A stretch of DNA of 64,000 nucleotides from Patescibacteria group bacterium (GTDB lineage: Bacteria > Patescibacteriota > Patescibacteriia > Patescibacteriales > JBAZCA01), in assembly GCA_041661505.1 (NCBI GenBank), contig JBAZUF010000003.1:74772-138771 (forward strand), given 5' to 3'. The position numbers were made by a program, and so were the translations under genes. Shown here piece by piece: positions 61,586-64,000 of the stretch (positions are counted from its first letter, which is position 1; each line of letters starts with the position of its first letter). A model generated the notes under the pieces. It saw nothing but the letters and a program-made list of their open reading frames with translations. It was not told where the DNA came from and ran no database searches.

Positions 61586-63274
61586 ATGCGGACTATTTAT
61601 CTACAATTCAGGGAGATAGCCGGGAAATTCAAACGCCGGCCGGTTGTGCATTGGGCTTTGTCCGGAAAAAGCGAAAAAAAAAGGCATTGGCGCACCCTGA
61701 ATTACTTAAGCTTCCTAAACCGGGTTGACCGGCTGTCAGAAGGGTTAAGGCAGCTTGGGGTTAAGCCGGGCGATCGGGTTGCCCTAATGTGCGAAAACGG
61801 ACCCGACTGGCTCGCCTCTGATTTAGCTCTAAACCGCCTTGGCGCCGTCAGCGTACCTATTCATACGACTTCAAATAAGCCGCTCATCGAGTATATTTTA
61901 AAAGACTCCGGGAGCGGTTTTTTAATTGCTTCCAATACTTGCATAAAAAAGAATTTTGAAGCGATAAAAGAAGCCGCCGAAAAATTGAAAGTGATTGTTG
62001 TAAGCCGGGAAGAGGGCTGGAGGGAAGAATTGGGAAAGGAGTTCGCCTATTTTGACGATTTATTAAAAGACGAGGCTCAAGGGGAAATTGCCCGGGAAGA
62101 GCTGGCGAGTATCATCTATACTTCCGGCACTACCGGCGAGCCCAAAGGGGTGATGCTTACCAACGAGAATTTGCTTTCCAATATTGAGGCGGCTTTGGAA
62201 AAAATAAAAATATTTTCTTCAGACGTATTTTTGTCGATACTGCCGGTTTCGCATGTTTTGGAACGGATGGCCGGAAATTACGTTCCGGTTTTAACCGGCG
62301 CGTCGATCGCTTATGCTCCGAGCATCAAAGAGCTGGCGGGGAGCCTGGCCGAGTCTAAACCGACGGTAATAATCGGAGTGCCGAAGATATTTGAAAATAG
62401 CTATGAGAAGATAGTTTCCGAAATAGAGAAAAAAAACAAATTTATAAAAAAGTTTTTTTACCGCTCCTTAAAGCGCGATCAGCCGAACTGGGTGAAAATA
62501 ATCGCCGATAAGCTGATGTACTCAAAAATAAGAAAAAAATTCGGCGGCCGGCTGCGTTTTTCGATTTCCGGCGGGGCGGCTATAAACGAAAGGATAATTA
62601 AGTTTTTCGGGAGAATCGGAATTAAGATAATCGAAGGCTACGGGTTGACCGAAACCTCGCCGATAATCGCCATGAATACAGTAAATGATATCCGGGTCGG
62701 AACGGTCGGCCGTCCGGCAAGCGGAGTAGAGGTAAAAATCGCCCCGGACAAGGAGATTCTGGTCAAAGGAAAAAACGTGATGAAAGGGTACTGGAATAAA
62801 AAAGAATTGACGGACGAAGTGCTTAGCGCCGAAGGCTGGTTTAGAACCGGCGATTTAGGCTTTTTGGACCGCGATAATTTTTTAACAATCATCGGGAGGA
62901 AAAAAGAAATCCTCGTAACTTCCAACGGAAAAAATATTTCGCCTGAAAAAGTGGAAGCGATAATAAATCTAAGCCCGATAATTTCCCAGAGCCTGGTAAT
63001 CGGGCACAAAAAACCTTACCTTGCCTGCTTGGTGGTGGCGGACAAGAAACAGCTTTGTGAAAAATACGGAGAAGGCTGTGATGTTAAAGCGGTGATGGAG
63101 AAGGAAATTGACCATATTAACCACCAGCTCATGTCCCACGAAAGGATTAGGAAAATCGAGATGATCGAAAAGCCTTTTACGATTGAAGAAGAGGAATTAA
63201 CTCCGACCCTTAAGGTGCGCCGAAGCATTATTGAGCATAAATATCATAGATTGATAGAAAGAATTTACAGCTGA
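61586..63274 (+). CDS. AMP-dependent synthetase/ligase (long-chain-fatty-acid--CoA ligase-like)
   Basis: IIYTSGTTGEPKGVMLTNENL, EGYGLTETSP, TGDLG, LTPTLKVRR. Confidence 0.8.
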   Translation: MRTIYLQFREIAGKFKRRPVVHWALSGKSEKKRHWRTLNYLSFLNRVDRLSEGLRQLGVKPGDRVALMCENGPDWLASDLALNRLGAVSVPIHTTSNKPLIEYILKDSGSGFLIASNTCIKKNFEAIKEAAEKLKVIVVSREEGWREELGKEFAYFDDLLKDEAQGEIAREELASIIYTSGTTGEPKGVMLTNENLLSNIEAALEKIKIFSSDVFLSILPVSHVLERMAGNYVPVLTGASIAYAPSIKELAGSLAESKPTVIIGVPKIFENSYEKIVSEIEKKNKFIKKFFYRSLKRDQPNWVKIIADKLMYSKIRKKFGGRLRFSISGGAAINERIIKFFGRIGIKIIEGYGLTETSPIIAMNTVNDIRVGTVGRPASGVEVKIAPDKEILVKGKNVMKGYWNKKELTDEVLSAEGWFRTGDLGFLDRDNFLTIIGRKKEILVTSNGKNISPEKVEAIINLSPIISQSLVIGHKKPYLACLVVADKKQLCEKYGEGCDVKAVMEKEIDHINHQLMSHERIRKIEMIEKPFTIEEEELTPTLKVRRSIIEHKYHRLIERIYS

Positions 63275-63299
63275 TTTTCCAGTTAGGACAAAAAGTTCA

Positions 63300-63331
63300 G
63301 GGTCTGTCAATTTTGACCAGACTCTTTTTTT
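63300..63331 (+). terminator. Rho-independent terminator after the acyl-CoA-ligase-like gene
   Basis: Stem of about 10 bp, GGGTCTGTCA/TGAC(C)AGACTC, with one bulge and a 4-nt loop, followed by T7 (63325-63331). Confidence 0.65.
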
Positions 63332-63345
63332 GACCTATGATACTA

Positions 63346-63375
63346 TTACATTAAGAATAGTTTTTTCTTTATAAA
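63346..63375 (+). promoter_or_regulatory. Candidate promoter TTACAT-N18-TATAAA placed 5 nt before ATG 63381
   Basis: Hexamers read at 63346-51 and 63370-75. Geometry is near-leaderless. Confidence 0.35.
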
Positions 63376-63380
63376 AAATA

Positions 63381-63785
63381 ATGAAACTAATCATAAAAAA
63401 GAGCCAACTTTCGCTAAATCCTGAACAGTTTTTAAGGCGGGCGGGGTATGGGTTCATTGAAGACCGGAGGCGCGGCCAGCAAAGCTTTGTCCGGCGGTTA
63501 GGCAGCGGGTTCTATCCCCGGCTTCACATGTACGTTGAGAGGGAAGGCGACAGTGTGTCCTTTAACCTGCACCTGGACCAAAAGCAGGCCAGCTATTCTG
63601 GTTCGCATATGCATAATGCCGAATATGGCGGAGCAATTGTGGCGGGCGAAATGGAACGGATTAAAGGCCTTTTGAGGCAAGAAATGACCGGCGCTCCGGA
63701 TACAGCCTCGCGATCTGGAACGGAAAATAAAAAAATCGCGTATGATAAGAAGGAAGAGGGGTGGTGGAGGAAAATATTTAATTGA
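63381..63785 (+). CDS. Hypothetical protein (His-rich conserved-looking core)
   Basis: 134 aa with clean codon structure. Core YPRLHMYVE..FNLHLDQKQASYSGSHMHNAEYGG. No family recognised. Confidence 0.5.
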   Translation: MKLIIKKSQLSLNPEQFLRRAGYGFIEDRRRGQQSFVRRLGSGFYPRLHMYVEREGDSVSFNLHLDQKQASYSGSHMHNAEYGGAIVAGEMERIKGLLRQEMTGAPDTASRSGTENKKIAYDKKEEGWWRKIFN

Positions 63786-63829
63786 GCATCCATGAGTCCT
63801 GGTAAAATGCCGTGGCCTAAACATGATTT

Positions 63830-64000
63830 ATGCAGCCGTCAGATGAAATAAAAGCCAAACTCGATATCGTGGACGTCATCCGCGAATACATCCAGCTTCG
63901 TCCGGCCGGGATGAATTTTCGCGCCAATTGCCCGTTTCATAACGAAAAGACGCCTTCCTTTATGGTTTCCTCGGAAAAGCAGATTTGGCATTGCTTCGGG
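63830..64000 (+). CDS. dnaG: DNA primase, N-terminal fragment (runs off right edge)
   Basis: [47 protein letters not shown] is the CHC2 zinc finger of DnaG. Not in the ORF track because it is truncated. Confidence 0.8.
   Translation, partial: MQPSDEIKAKLDIVDVIREYIQLRPAGMNFRANCPFHNEKTPSFMVSSEKQIWHCFG

Noticed and set aside
1-64000. Alternative genetic code (UGA recoded), as in some CPR lineages.
   Set aside because: Many well-defined genes end at TGA exactly where homologs end, for example the ATGA junctions at 240, 1649 and 9638. No ORF is broken by in-frame TGA.

Overview
The window is one long, tightly packed surface-glycan biosynthesis island (base 1 to about 57125, continuing past the left edge). 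A short housekeeping block follows it: holB-like, a BNR-repeat lipoprotein, frr, rseP, an acyl-CoA-ligase-like gene, a small hypothetical and the start of dnaG. Many genes in the island are joined by ATGA or short overlaps.

The island has four strand blocks: + 1-17408, - 17433-25823, + 26126-55700, - 55773-57125. By motif reading it encodes:
- a CDP-hexose branch (CDP-glucose 4,6-dehydratase);
- two nonulosonic-acid modules, one NeuA/NeuB/NeuC-type and one PseB/PseC/PseI-type;
- an acetamidino-forming triad (HisF-like, HisH-like, PP-loop N-acetyl-sugar amidotransferase);
- four paralogous B12-domain radical SAM enzymes, one fused to an (alpha/alpha)6-like domain, plus one SPASM radical SAM;
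- six class I methyltransferases, three with N-terminal zinc ribbons;
- a formyltransferase, a FemAB-like acyl/aminoacyl transferase, an AsnB-like amidotransferase and a pyruvyl transferase;
- two KpsC/KpsS-like proteins, and GT2, GT4 and GT-C-like transferases;
- an MsbA/PglK-like ABC exporter and a WbaP/PglC-like initiating phosphoglycosyl transferase.

I saw no rRNA, tRNA, CRISPR array, transposase, integrase or phage genes. The standard genetic code fits, with TGA used as stop.

Non-coding signals visible by eye:
- consensus divergent promoters at 25864-26067;
- three or four promoters placed so that transcription should start on the ATG (leaderless);
- an almost complete lack of Shine-Dalgarno motifs;
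- stem-loops that repeatedly end 15-17 nt before start codons;
- two perfect CCGGG-core palindromes at promoters.

The ORF track uses TTG/GTG as well as ATG, so several starts were moved inward. All functional calls come from motif and architecture recognition without database searches. The lineage guess (CPR/Patescibacteria-like or similar small-genome bacterium) is inference only.
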